From Verrucomicrobiota bacterium (GTDB lineage Bacteria > Verrucomicrobiota > Verrucomicrobiia > Limisphaerales > DSYF01), in NCBI GenBank assembly GCA_025457615.1, contig JALOTZ010000019.1, forward strand, positions 3,100-67,099: DNA of 64,000 nucleotides, read 5' to 3'. The notes beneath the pieces were generated by a model, which worked only from the letters and a program-made list of their open reading frames with translations, had not been told where the DNA came from and ran no database searches. The translations under genes and the position numbers were made by a program. Of this stretch, positions 41,684-51,641 are shown in pieces; positions within the stretch are counted from its first letter, which is position 1, and each line of letters starts with the position of its first letter.

Positions 41684-43284
41684 GGGATGGGATGGCGGGT
41701 GAGTTCGTTGTTGATGAGGCGCATGATGCCGGACGGGTTGGCATTCCGGAGTTCGGGCGGCAGCAGGGCTTCCGGACAATCCTGCCAGGTGACCGGACGC
41801 ACAAAGCGCAGCATGGCCGCGGTGCCGACCGAGGTGAATCGGGCATCGGTGGTGGCGGGATAGGGTCCGCCATGGGTCATTGCGGGACACACTTCCACCC
41901 CGGTCGGGAAGCCGTTCACGATCAGCCGTCCCGCCTTGCGCTGAAGGACAGCCACCAAGTCGCCGGCTGCCGCGAGATCATCCGCGCTTCCGTGCAGTGT
42001 CGCGGTGAGTTGGCCGGTGAGGCTTTCGGCCAATGCCATCAGCTCGTTGGTCGAATCCGCGACCACCACAAGGCTGAAGGGGCCAAACACCTCGGTTTCG
42101 CGCAGCGTTGGCCGGGCGAGGAAACTGGCGGCGCTGGTTTGCAGCACCAAGGCTGCGCCCTCGGTGGCCTCCGCTTTGGCCGGAGTGCCGGCACGGGCAA
42201 GCACGCTCACGCCCGGCACGGCGGATAGATCGGCGGCATCTGCATGATAACTCTCGCAAATCCCCGGGTGCAGCATCGTCGCCGGGGCGGCGGCTTTGAT
42301 GGCTGCGGCAAAATGTGCGAGGAAGTTGTCCAGCCCCGCCGAGCGGAGCGCAAAAACAAGACCCGGCTTGGTGCAGAACTGCCCGACACCCAGCATCACC
42401 GAATTTTTCAAGCCGGTCGCGAGCGCCTTCGTATCGCCGCTCAAGGCGCCCGGCAGCAGGATGACCGGGTTGAGGCTCGCCATTTCCGCAAAGACCGGGA
42501 TGGGATCGGGACGCGCGGCGGCCACGTCGAACAGCGCGCGCCCGGCGGCCTGCGAGCCGGTGAAACCGACCGCCCGCACCCGCGGGTCACGCGCCAGCGC
42601 GGTGCCGACAATCTGGCCGCGACCATGCAGCATCGAAAAGACTCCCGGCGGCAGGCCGCAGGCGCGCACGGCGCGCGCGACGGCTTCGGCCACCATCTCG
42701 GAGGTGCCGGGATGCGCGCTGTGGGCTTTGACGATCACTGGATTCCCGGCGGCCAGGGCGGAGGCGGTGTCACCCCCGGCGACCGAGAAGGCCAGGGGGA
42801 AATTGCTCGATCCGAAAACCACCACCGGGCCGAGTGGCACAAGCATCCGGCGCAGGTCGGCGCGGGGCAGCGGCTGACGGTCCGGCTGCGCGGGGTCGAT
42901 CCGCGCATCCACCCAGGATCCTTCGCGGACGACCGCGGCAAAGAGGCGGAGCTGGCCGCAGGTGCGCCCGCGCTCGCCCCTGAGGCGCTCCAGCGGGAGG
43001 CCGGTTTCCCGGTGCGCACGTTCCAACAACCCATCGCCAATGCCTTCGATTTCCGTGGCGATTCGTTCAAGGAAGGCGGCACGCGCGGCCGCAGCCAGTT
43101 TCGAGTATGGTAGAAACGCAGCCTCAGCCGCTTCCGTGGCGCGGCGCACATCGGCCCCGCCGGCCTGATGGATGGGCGGATCGAGCGGCTGGCGGTCGAG
43201 CGGGCTGATCGGCCGCGCGGTGTCGGCTTCATCGGCAGCGGGTTGGCCGGCGATGAGGGATTTTCCGTGAAGTGCTTGGATCAT
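41680..43284 (-). CDS. NADP-dependent aldehyde dehydrogenase (alpha-ketoglutaric semialdehyde DH-like)
   Basis: NFPLAFSVAGGDTASA, FTGS, AEMASLNP, GQFCTKPG, HGGPYPATTD. Confidence 0.92.
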   Translation of the reverse strand: MIQALHGKSLIAGQPAADEADTARPISPLDRQPLDPPIHQAGGADVRRATEAAEAAFLPYSKLAAAARAAFLERIATEIEGIGDGLLERAHRETGLPLERLRGERGRTCGQLRLFAAVVREGSWVDARIDPAQPDRQPLPRADLRRMLVPLGPVVVFGSSNFPLAFSVAGGDTASALAAGNPVIVKAHSAHPGTSEMVAEAVARAVRACGLPPGVFSMLHGRGQIVGTALARDPRVRAVGFTGSQAAGRALFDVAAARPDPIPVFAEMASLNPVILLPGALSGDTKALATGLKNSVMLGVGQFCTKPGLVFALRSAGLDNFLAHFAAAIKAAAPATMLHPGICESYHADAADLSAVPGVSVLARAGTPAKAEATEGAALVLQTSAASFLARPTLRETEVFGPFSLVVVADSTNELMALAESLTGQLTATLHGSADDLAAAGDLVAVLQRKAGRLIVNGFPTGVEVCPAMTHGGPYPATTDARFTSVGTAAMLRFVRPVTWQDCPEALLPPELRNANPSGIMRLINNELTRHPIP

Positions 43285-43289
43285 GGCAT

Positions 43290-44111
43290 TCAGGCGACGG
43301 TGTTTTCGAGCGTGCCAATCGGCGGGATTGTGATGCGGATCGCATCGCCGCTTTGCAGGGTGAATTCATTCGGCGGCACGATGCCGGTGCCGGTGAGCAG
43401 AAAACAGCCCATCGGAAAGCTGAGTTCCCGGTATAGGTATTCGGCCAGCTCGGGGAACGGGCGTTTGATCCGGTCCACCGTGGTGCCGCCGGTGAAGACA
43501 GCCGAGTTCTGCCGCTGGATCTCCATCCGGATTTCCGTGCTGCCCGGCAGCGGCCCGGAGGCGACCAGCACGCAGGGGCCGATCGCGCACGATCCGTCAT
43601 AGACTTTCGCCTGCGGAAGATAGAGCGGGTTCTCGCCCTCGATGTCGCGGGAACTCATGTCGTTGCCGATCGAATAGCCGATGATGTGTCCGCGCTTGTT
43701 GATGACCAGCGTCAGCTCCGGCTCCGGCACATTCCATGTCGCATCACGGCGGATGCGCACCCTGCCGCCCTGGCCCAGCGAGCGGTGCGGCCCGGCCTTG
43801 AAAAACAATTCCGGACGCGGCGCGTCATAGACGCGGTCGTAGAAATCACCGCCGCCGACCGAGGCGGATTCCTCCATCCGCGCGGCCTTGCTGCGCAGAT
43901 AGGTCACGCCGGCCGCCCAGACTTCCTGCGCGGATGCCACGGGGAGGAATGCATCCGGGCGACTGATCTCCGTGTGATTGCCCGCCAGATAGTCCGCGAG
44001 GTTGTCATGATTCAACAAGTCGTCCCAGGGCAGCGGAAGCTGGAACAAGCGCTCGTGGTGTTCGAGGCAGGCGCCATTGGGGAGGTGATACAACTTCATG
44101 GTTGAATTCAT
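43290..44111 (-). CDS. FAH-family protein (2-keto-3-deoxy-pentonate dehydratase-like)
   Basis: WAAGVTY, RPELFFK, VPEPEL, GNDMSSRDIEGENPLYLPQAK, TGTG. Confidence 0.9.
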   Translation of the reverse strand: MNSTMKLYHLPNGACLEHHERLFQLPLPWDDLLNHDNLADYLAGNHTEISRPDAFLPVASAQEVWAAGVTYLRSKAARMEESASVGGGDFYDRVYDAPRPELFFKAGPHRSLGQGGRVRIRRDATWNVPEPELTLVINKRGHIIGYSIGNDMSSRDIEGENPLYLPQAKVYDGSCAIGPCVLVASGPLPGSTEIRMEIQRQNSAVFTGGTTVDRIKRPFPELAEYLYRELSFPMGCFLLTGTGIVPPNEFTLQSGDAIRITIPPIGTLENTVA

Positions 44112-45184
44112 GGACGTGTGAAGGAGATCGGAGTCGCGCCGAAAGCGCTGGATTCGTAGGCGGCCTCGACGAGGGCCATGGTTTGGAAGGCGTCCTCCAC
44201 GCTGGTCGGCGCGGGCCGCGAGGGGTCCTCGAGCGCGATCATCACCGAGGCCATCGTGCCGATGAAGCCGTCCGGAAACCAGCTTCCCACAATCGGGATG
44301 TCGATCCACGGCGTGGGCCTGCCATCCTCGAAGATGCACACCTGAAGCTGGTCCGGCAGCCCCTTCGGATAATCCATGAGCAGCCCCATGCGCGCCTTGA
44401 TCGCGCCCTTGGTGCCCTCCCACTTGATGTAACTTTCCTGGTGCTCGAGTCCGTAGGCATGGCCGTGGTTGGTCTGGATGTTGGCGCGCAGGGTGTCGCC
44501 GTAATCGAGGATGATCGAGGAACGCGTCGAGGCGAGTTTCTGCGTGAGCGGGTGTTTGACGCTCTTGGCATAGATGCCGCGGGGATTGCCGAGAAACGAG
44601 CGGACGACATCCAGATAATGAATGCTGTGGACGGCCATTTCCACGCGGTGGAGCGTTTCAAAGTAGGGCCAGAGGTGCCAGGGCGTGTCCACGGTCACGC
44701 GCACTTCCATGTCGTGAACCTCGCCGATTGCGCCGTCCTTGATGAGATGGCGGGCGGCGATCACATACGGGGCGTAGCGCAACTGGAAATTCACCGCCGC
44801 GGTGAGCTGTTTCCTGCGGCAGAGCGCGTGGATCACGGCGGCCTGTTCGAGGTCCTCGCCCATCGGCTTCTGGATCAGAACGCCCCGACCAGCGGGGATT
44901 TTTTCGAGTGTCGCGATGATCACCCCCGGCGGCAGGGCCAGGTCGAAGACCGCATTTGCCGGAGCGAGCGCGATGGCCTCATCCAAGGTGGCCGCAACTT
45001 TCGGGATGCCGAACTCCGCGGCCAGTGCGGCGGCCTTTTCGCGGTCGAGATCGAAGATGGCCTCGGTGGGAAAGCCCGCCTTCCGGTAGGCGGGCAGGTG
45101 CGCGTCCTTCACGATCCCGCCAGCGCCGATGAGCACGATGGGCCGCGCCACGGCGGGCATCGGGGGTGTCTGAATGGTTTTCAT
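44108..45184 (-). CDS. Gfo/Idh/MocA-family sugar dehydrogenase
   Basis: IGAGGIVKDAHLPAY, QKPMG, VNFQLR, HSIHYLD. Confidence 0.9.
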   Translation of the reverse strand: MKTIQTPPMPAVARPIVLIGAGGIVKDAHLPAYRKAGFPTEAIFDLDREKAAALAAEFGIPKVAATLDEAIALAPANAVFDLALPPGVIIATLEKIPAGRGVLIQKPMGEDLEQAAVIHALCRRKQLTAAVNFQLRYAPYVIAARHLIKDGAIGEVHDMEVRVTVDTPWHLWPYFETLHRVEMAVHSIHYLDVVRSFLGNPRGIYAKSVKHPLTQKLASTRSSIILDYGDTLRANIQTNHGHAYGLEHQESYIKWEGTKGAIKARMGLLMDYPKGLPDQLQVCIFEDGRPTPWIDIPIVGSWFPDGFIGTMASVMIALEDPSRPAPTSVEDAFQTMALVEAAYESSAFGATPISFTRP

Positions 45185-45190
45185 GGCGCT

Positions 45191-45529
45191 TCACGCGGTG
45201 TGAAAGACTTCCTCCATGCACGCCCACCACTCGCCTTCCGCGCGGTCGGGCAGCGGCGCATGGCAGGGTTTGCAGAGGCCCCACCACTTCTGGATGACTT
45301 CCAAAGAGGCCATGCGCGCCATGTCGCCGGCGAAATCGCTGCCGACATATTCGAAGTAGGAAAACAGGTAGTGGTTTCCGTCCGGCAGCTTGCGCAGATA
45401 GATCGAGTAGTTCGCAATGTTCACCTCGCGGATCGCGTCCACCACCTCCGGCCAGGGGTTGGCATGCAGGCGCTTGTATTCCTCGATCTTGTGCGGATGG
45501 ACTTGAATGACGGAGCCGTATCTCTTCAT
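45191..45529 (-). CDS. rhaM: L-rhamnose mutarotase family protein
   Basis: EEYKRLHANPWPEV, NYSIY, LFSYFEY, KWW, MEEVFH. Confidence 0.85.
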   Translation of the reverse strand: MKRYGSVIQVHPHKIEEYKRLHANPWPEVVDAIREVNIANYSIYLRKLPDGNHYLFSYFEYVGSDFAGDMARMASLEVIQKWWGLCKPCHAPLPDRAEGEWWACMEEVFHTA

Positions 45530-45543
45530 GGTGGGTTTGTGGT

Positions 45544-46716
45544 TCAGGATGGTTGGAATTCCTTGCGGATGTTTTCGCTGTGCTGCCCCACGCGCGGGGC
45601 GCTTTGCGGGGACTTGTAGATTTCGCCGTCGATGCGGATCGGGCAGCGCGAGGTTTTCATTTCGCTGCCGCCGGCAAGGGTCACCGTCTGCTCCCAATCG
45701 AGCGCCTGATACGCCTCCTCCTTGCGCAGCGCCTCCCAGGACAACACCTCGGCGCACCAGTAGTCGGCGGGAACCAACCGGTCCAACCAGTGCTTCACCG
45801 GCTGTGTCGCAAGGTGGCCGACCAGGATGGCCTTGATCTCATCGCGTTGGGAAAACCAGCTCCCGGGATCCTGGTATTGCACCAGCGCCGGACAATCGAG
45901 CAACTCCCCGAGCCGGGGCACCGATCCCATCGCCAGCGCGAGCCAACGGTCGCGCGTGCGGTAGATCCCGTAGGGCGCGGCCAGATAGGCGTGGGCATTG
46001 CGGACCCGGCTGCGACAGGGCGGCTGGCCGCCGTCGTTCAAGTGCGTGGTCACCACCTCGAATTGCAGATCGAGAATGGACTCCAACAGACTCACTTCGA
46101 CCAGGCCGCCCCTGCCTGTCACGCCGCGGCGCACGAGGCAGGCCAGAATCCCCTGCACCAGATGCGCGCTTGCGGTCAGGTCCGCCACCGACAGCCCCAT
46201 GGGCACCGGGCCGTCGCCTTCGTCACCGGACAGCCAGGTGAGCCCGGACCGCGCCTGCGCCAGCAAATCCTGGCCCGGCAGCGCCGCCCACGGGCCGGTC
46301 GTGCCGTATCCGGTGACGACGCCATACACCAAACGCGGATTGAATTCCCGCACGGCCTCGTAACCGAGCCCGATGCGCTCCATCACTCCCGGACGGAAGT
46401 TCTGGATCATCACATCCGCCTTCTCGATCAGGCGCTTCACGAGCGCGAGGTCGTCCGGATTTTTCAAATCCGCCGCCAGCCCTTCCTTGTTGCGGTTGAT
46501 CGAGTGAAACAACGTGCTGTCGCCCTCGATGCCGAGATTGGAAATGTAGAGCTGCCGGCAAAGCTCGCCCTGTCCGGGCCGCTCGATCTTGATGACGCGT
46601 GCGCCAAGATCGGCCAGCCGCATGGCTGCGGCCGGACCCGCGAGGAATTGGGAGAAGTCGAGCGCAAGCAGGCCGGCGAGCGGCCTGCCGCTGGACGAAC
46701 ATGAAACATTAAACAT
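45544..46716 (-). CDS. CaiB/BaiF family III CoA-transferase
   Basis: LDFSQFLAGP, KIERP, NRNK, NFRPG, PGQDLLAQ (catalytic Asp). Confidence 0.92.
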   Translation of the reverse strand: MFNVSCSSSGRPLAGLLALDFSQFLAGPAAAMRLADLGARVIKIERPGQGELCRQLYISNLGIEGDSTLFHSINRNKEGLAADLKNPDDLALVKRLIEKADVMIQNFRPGVMERIGLGYEAVREFNPRLVYGVVTGYGTTGPWAALPGQDLLAQARSGLTWLSGDEGDGPVPMGLSVADLTASAHLVQGILACLVRRGVTGRGGLVEVSLLESILDLQFEVVTTHLNDGGQPPCRSRVRNAHAYLAAPYGIYRTRDRWLALAMGSVPRLGELLDCPALVQYQDPGSWFSQRDEIKAILVGHLATQPVKHWLDRLVPADYWCAEVLSWEALRKEEAYQALDWEQTVTLAGGSEMKTSRCPIRIDGEIYKSPQSAPRVGQHSENIRKEFQPS

Positions 46717-46734
46717 GGAACATGAAACGTTAAA
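46700..46734. repeat. Heptamer tandem repeat overlapping the CoA-transferase start
   Basis: CATGAAA CATTAAA CATGGAA CATGAAA CGTTAAA. Confidence 0.7.
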
Positions 46735-46790
46735 GGTTTTTGCCGCGACTGCGGGTGCTGTTGGTTTGGGATGTCTTTTTGAGTTTCATG

Positions 46791-47237
46791 TTACGCCGCC
46801 CGGCGGCGGACCAACAACAGATGCTCACAGACGAGCACGGTCTCATCGTGCTGGTTGACGACTTCCACCAGCTCGCTGACCACGCCCAATTCCGGTTTCT
46901 TGTGGTCGCGTTTCTCCTTGATGCTCACCTTCACGCGGAGGGTGTCACCGATGAACACCGGCTTGATGAAACGCAGGCGGTCGTAGCCGTAGGAGAACGC
47001 CTCGGGGTTGATCACGCCCGCGGTCATGCCCACCGCCACACTGAAGATGAGCGTGCCGTGGGCGACGCGCTGTTTGAAGGGTTCCCAGGTCTTGCACCAC
47101 TCGGCGTCCATGTGGTGCGGATAAAAATCGCCGGTCTGCCCGGCGTGCAGGACGATGTCGGTTTCGGTGATCGTGCGCCCGCCGGTTTGGCGGGACGCGC
47201 CAATTTCGTAGTCTTCGAAGAACTGGGATTGGAACAT
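46791..47237 (-). CDS. MaoC-family dehydratase
   Basis: [31 protein letters not shown]. Confidence 0.92.
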   Translation of the reverse strand: MFQSQFFEDYEIGASRQTGGRTITETDIVLHAGQTGDFYPHHMDAEWCKTWEPFKQRVAHGTLIFSVAVGMTAGVINPEAFSYGYDRLRFIKPVFIGDTLRVKVSIKEKRDHKKPELGVVSELVEVVNQHDETVLVCEHLLLVRRRAA

Positions 47238-47244
47238 GGGAAAG

Positions 47245-48396
47245 TCAGGAGTTGCGGCACTCGCGGTAGAGTTGGTTGAGTTCGCGCGCGGCAGCGGAGG
47301 GTTTACATTTCCCGCTCATTGCGTCGTGAGCGACAGGCGTTCCAAGATCTTGGAACTTCATATAGCCCGGAAACTTGGGCCGCAGCAGGGCTTCGTCGAG
47401 CGTCTGCAGGCTGTCGCGGAAAAAGCCGTGACTGGCGGCATTCACGGCGTCGTTGGTCCATGCCGCGCGGTAGCCGGGCTGGCCGCCGGATTCGAAATAG
47501 ACGCCCTTCTGCACATCCGGCGACGCCGAGAACATGGCGTAATCCATGCAGGCGCGCGGATGCTTGGTGTGCGCCGAAACCGCCACCCCGGCGCCGCCGA
47601 GTGTGGAACGCAGGCGCTTGCCGGCGAACTCCACCAATCCGCCCGCCTTGAGGGTGTGGCGGGCGTAGAGCGGACGGGAATAGTTCGAGTAACCGTAGGC
47701 AAAGGGGCAGTAACACGCGCGGCGGTCATCGTTCAGGGTCATCCATTCCGCAGTGCGAATCGGGTTCCGTTCGAGGCAGGCCGGATCGCACAGCGAAACG
47801 AGCTTGCGAAGCTCCTCCAGCGCGCCGGCCAGCACGTCGTCGGAAGCCATGCCATCCTCGCGGGTGAACGGAGCCTCGCCGAGCGCGGCGCAGAACATGT
47901 AGCTGTTCATCAACACATCGATGGGAAACGCGGCGACCGAGACAAACCCATCCCGGGCCAGTTCCAGCACGGCGTCCCAGGTGCGCGGCAGGGAAATGCC
48001 GTATCGCTCGACCAGATCCGGCCGCCAGGTGGCGATCGGCGTGGCGGCATCCGTCGCCAGCGTCCATTGTTTGCCATCGAAGCGGTAGCTCTCATGCGAT
48101 GCGCCGACCGAGTTGGCTGCCTGGTCCGCGAGGAACTCCGCCGGGAGCCAGTCCTCGAAGGGCAACAGCAATCCCTCCGTGGCGGCCAGCGCGGTGTGCG
48201 GATGGTCCATCACGATGAGATCGAAGTTCGCCGCCAGTTCGGCCATCGAGGCATCGGCGAAGGCCTGCAGCGACCGCTTCTCCCACTGGATGGAAACGCC
48301 CGGATTCAATTCCTCGAACCGTTGCGCCGTGGCCACCATGGGCACAAATCCCCGCGTGTGGTTCCACGCGATGCCGCGTAAAATGATCTGACTCAT
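47245..48396 (-). CDS. Solute-binding-protein fold protein lacking a signal peptide
   Basis: SBP_bac_1-like [22 protein letters not shown]; N-terminus [16 protein letters not shown] has no Sec or lipobox signal. Confidence 0.8.
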   Translation of the reverse strand: MSQIILRGIAWNHTRGFVPMVATAQRFEELNPGVSIQWEKRSLQAFADASMAELAANFDLIVMDHPHTALAATEGLLLPFEDWLPAEFLADQAANSVGASHESYRFDGKQWTLATDAATPIATWRPDLVERYGISLPRTWDAVLELARDGFVSVAAFPIDVLMNSYMFCAALGEAPFTREDGMASDDVLAGALEELRKLVSLCDPACLERNPIRTAEWMTLNDDRRACYCPFAYGYSNYSRPLYARHTLKAGGLVEFAGKRLRSTLGGAGVAVSAHTKHPRACMDYAMFSASPDVQKGVYFESGGQPGYRAAWTNDAVNAASHGFFRDSLQTLDEALLRPKFPGYMKFQDLGTPVAHDAMSGKCKPSAAARELNQLYRECRNS

Positions 48397-48401
48397 AGGC
48401 C

Positions 48402-49580
48402 CTAAATTGTGGGAGTTTGATGGATAAGTTTCCCGGCGACGCGCAGTTCGACCGGAACAAGGTATTCGCGCACGGTTTCAAGCCGGATGTCCATGCCCAG
48501 TCCCGGGCGATCCGGGATAGGGATTTCCCCATCCGGCGTCGGCTCGATTTTTTCGACGGTCAGGTTTCGGGCCAGCGCGCTGCTTTCGGTCGGATACTCG
48601 CAAAGCCGCGAGCTTTCCATGCCGGCGAATGGTTGCAGCGAGGCGCTGAGGGCCAGCGGCGTGGTAAACGTGTGGTTGACGTAGGTGACACCGCTCGCTT
48701 CGGCATGGCGTGCGACTTCATAGGCGGACGTCAGCCCGCCGATGCGGCCGGCGTCGATCTGGACGTAGCCCAGACCGCCGAAGTCCACCAGATTGCGGGC
48801 CATGAAGGGTTCGTGCGCGCCTTCGCCACCGGCGGTGCGTAGCGGGGCACGCATCCGTCGCCCCAGTTCGTGGTAGGCATGCAAGGCGCCGGAAACAAAC
48901 GGTTCCTCCAGCCAGAGCGCGCCGCATTCTTGGAGCACGGGCAGGCGTTTGGCGGCTTCCTCCACGTCCTCGCCCCAGATCGTGCCGGCATCCACCAGCA
49001 AGGCCACATCCGGTCCCAGCCCGGCCCGGGCGGCGCGCACATGCGCCTCGTCGGCCGCGAGGTGGGTGCCGAACGGCCCCCAGCCAAACTTCGCGGCGCG
49101 GAATCCCGCCGCGCGGACTTTCCGCGCTTTGTCTCCGGTTTCCACCGGCGTGTCGCCGAACAACTGGGAGGCGTAGGCGATCTTCGCAAAGGCGCGTTCC
49201 CAGCCCAACAGCTTCCACGCCGGCTCACCGCGTCGTTTGCCGAGCAAATCCCACAGTGCCATGTCCACGCCGGAGAGCGTGTGATCGGCCTGCAAAAGAT
49301 CGAAACTGTTTCGCCTCACTTCGCCGGTCAGCGCACGGATGTCCGCCGGGGATTCGATCCGGCGGCCCAACACGGAATGGCTCACCGGCTTGCACGCGCT
49401 GTGCGACATCGGGCAGCACCACGCGGCAATCGACGCCAGCGGCGCGGCCTCGCATTCGCCCCAGCCGACAAGCCCGTTGTCCGCGATCACCCGCACCAGC
49501 AGGGCGTCCTGGCTGCCATCGCCGATGTCCCGGATGACCGGCATCGAGAGATAAAAGAAATCAACGGATTCGATTTTCAT
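48402..49580 (-). CDS. Mandelate racemase/enolase-superfamily protein
   Basis: GWGEC, DMALWDLLGK, AKFG, VDAG, WLEEP, GGE, PGLG. Confidence 0.9.
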   Translation of the reverse strand: MKIESVDFFYLSMPVIRDIGDGSQDALLVRVIADNGLVGWGECEAAPLASIAAWCCPMSHSACKPVSHSVLGRRIESPADIRALTGEVRRNSFDLLQADHTLSGVDMALWDLLGKRRGEPAWKLLGWERAFAKIAYASQLFGDTPVETGDKARKVRAAGFRAAKFGWGPFGTHLAADEAHVRAARAGLGPDVALLVDAGTIWGEDVEEAAKRLPVLQECGALWLEEPFVSGALHAYHELGRRMRAPLRTAGGEGAHEPFMARNLVDFGGLGYVQIDAGRIGGLTSAYEVARHAEASGVTYVNHTFTTPLALSASLQPFAGMESSRLCEYPTESSALARNLTVEKIEPTPDGEIPIPDRPGLGMDIRLETVREYLVPVELRVAGKLIHQTPTI

Positions 49581-49586
49581 GGGAAA

Positions 49587-50492
49587 TCAGGCCGGCGTGA
49601 GAAATCGCGAGCAATGACGCGGGCAACCGATGACACCGGGGCGTGTGCGGTAGAGCGCCCCGCCCATCGGGCCGGAGGGATCGAACGCGGGCGGCTGATC
49701 CTCGCTCGGCCAGTATTCGCCGGCGCTGGTGATGTAGAGATCCGCGAGATCCTTTCCGCCAAACATCACGCTGCTGACCTGCTGCACGGGGACGCGAAGC
49801 CGTCGCTCGACCTTGCCATCGGGATCGTAGCGGACGACCTCGCCGGCATACCATTGCGCGCTCCACACGAAGCCTTTCGCATCCACGGTCAGGCCATCCG
49901 GCAACCCCTCACCGCGCGGCACATCCACAAACACCCGCCGGTTTTTCAGAATGCCCGAGGCGGCGTCCACGTCGTAGGCGTAAATCTTGCGGTCCATCGT
50001 GTCGGTGAAATACAGCCTGCCGCCGTCGGGGCTGAACCCCAGGCCGTTGGAAAGCAGGATCCCCTCGTCGAGAACCTCGACCGCTGCGTCCGGCCGGATG
50101 AGATAGAGTTTCCCGCGTTTCTCCATGCCGTCCGCGCCCCAGTAAAAGGTGCCGCCATAGACATTGCCACGAGCGTCCACCGTGATGTCGTTGAAAACGA
50201 GCGCCTCTCCGTCGTGTTCGGCACACACGGTTTGCAGGTCCGTCCCGCTTTTCCAGAGCACAAGGCCCTTGCTGCCGGCGAGCAACAGCCGACCGTCGCC
50301 GTTGAGCGCCAGGCCGCACACCGGAAGCCCGTCCGCAAGACGCGCGGATTTTCCGGTCGCCGGGTCGTATTCGAAAATTCCGCCCGTGACGTTGTCCACC
50401 CACAGCAGGCGCCCTCGTGCGGCATCCCACAGCGGCGATTCCCCGTTGCGGTTTTTTTCGTCGGCTACGGTTTGGATGGCTGGTGCGGTCAT
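49587..50492 (-). CDS. SMP-30/gluconolactonase family lactonase
   Basis: GESPLWD, FND, SNGLGFSPD, PDGLTVD, FGGKDL..LYITSA. Confidence 0.92.
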   Translation of the reverse strand: MTAPAIQTVADEKNRNGESPLWDAARGRLLWVDNVTGGIFEYDPATGKSARLADGLPVCGLALNGDGRLLLAGSKGLVLWKSGTDLQTVCAEHDGEALVFNDITVDARGNVYGGTFYWGADGMEKRGKLYLIRPDAAVEVLDEGILLSNGLGFSPDGGRLYFTDTMDRKIYAYDVDAASGILKNRRVFVDVPRGEGLPDGLTVDAKGFVWSAQWYAGEVVRYDPDGKVERRLRVPVQQVSSVMFGGKDLADLYITSAGEYWPSEDQPPAFDPSGPMGGALYRTRPGVIGCPRHCSRFLTPA

Positions 50493-50501
50493 GGTTGTCT
50501 G

Positions 50502-51641
50502 CTATTTTGGAAACCGGTGGGCGTTCACGAAGTCCCAGTCCAGGGTGACGCCGAGGCCGGGCGCGGTCGGAACGGCCACGCAACCGTCGGTCTCCACCGG
50601 CAGGCGTTCCCGCGTGGTCTGCCAGCGCAACGGCGACTTGCTGGTGGAAAACTCGAGGATTTCCTCCTTCTCCTGCGCGGCGAGGAAGTGGAGGTTCGCG
50701 GCGATTTCGATGTTCGTCTTGTAGCCGTGGGTGATGACGCGTTTTCCGCGTCCGAAGGCGGCGGCGGCGAGGCGTTGGATCCCGGTGAATCCGCCGACCA
50801 TTGTAATGTCCGGCTGGCAGATGTCGGCGGCACCGGCGTCCATGAACGCGATGAATTCGTCCACATGCGTGAGGCCCAGATCGCCGACGCCGAGAGCGAT
50901 CCCGTGTCCGGCCATCTCGCGGTGCCCGGCAAGATCGTCGAGCGGCAGCGGTGCCTCCAGGAACCACAGGCCGATCTCCTTGTAGAATGGATAAAGACTC
51001 AGCCCCTCGGCCACGGTGCGGTAGGCAAGCGCGGCGTCCACGATGAGCCGCGCATCCGGCCCGGCCTCCGTGCGTCCCGCCCGCAGCAGTCCGCCGGTCA
51101 GTTTCAAATCGTCAAACCACCAGGGATCGGCCACCAGCTTGAAGTTGCGCAGGTTCATCGCCTGCGCCTCGCGGACCTGACGCCTCACGCCGTCGGGGGT
51201 GCGCTCTAACGGATAGATCGTCCCGTAGGCGGCCAGGCGGTCGCGCTTTTTGCCGCCAAGCAGGGCGTGCACCGGCTGGCCGAGCGCCTGGCCGTGCAGG
51301 TCCCACAGCGCGAGGTCCACCCCGCCGAGCGCGTGCATCACGATGCCGCGGCGCCCGACATAGTCGGTGGCCTCATAAACTTTCCGCCACAGCCGCGCCG
51401 GGTCGTCGAGGGTTTCGCCCACCAGCAGTTCGCGCAGGCACATCGCATGGTTGTGCGAAGAAGGCCCGTTCACCAGTGCGACAATGGCCGGAGAAAACGA
51501 TTCGACCTCGCCGATGCCCTGTCGCCCGTCATCGGTCGTCACGACGATCAGGCAGTCGTCGTATGACCCATCAAAGAGTCCGATGTTGGGGTCTTCGATT
51601 CGGAGATGAATCGCTTGGATGTCCGTGATTTTCATAGTCAT
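50502..51641 (-). CDS. Mandelate racemase/enolase-superfamily protein
   Basis: GIGEV, DLALWDL, VDAA, FLEAP, QPDI, PGLG; start overlaps the upstream stop. Confidence 0.9.
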   Translation of the reverse strand: MTMKITDIQAIHLRIEDPNIGLFDGSYDDCLIVVTTDDGRQGIGEVESFSPAIVALVNGPSSHNHAMCLRELLVGETLDDPARLWRKVYEATDYVGRRGIVMHALGGVDLALWDLHGQALGQPVHALLGGKKRDRLAAYGTIYPLERTPDGVRRQVREAQAMNLRNFKLVADPWWFDDLKLTGGLLRAGRTEAGPDARLIVDAALAYRTVAEGLSLYPFYKEIGLWFLEAPLPLDDLAGHREMAGHGIALGVGDLGLTHVDEFIAFMDAGAADICQPDITMVGGFTGIQRLAAAAFGRGKRVITHGYKTNIEIAANLHFLAAQEKEEILEFSTSKSPLRWQTTRERLPVETDGCVAVPTAPGLGVTLDWDFVNAHRFPK

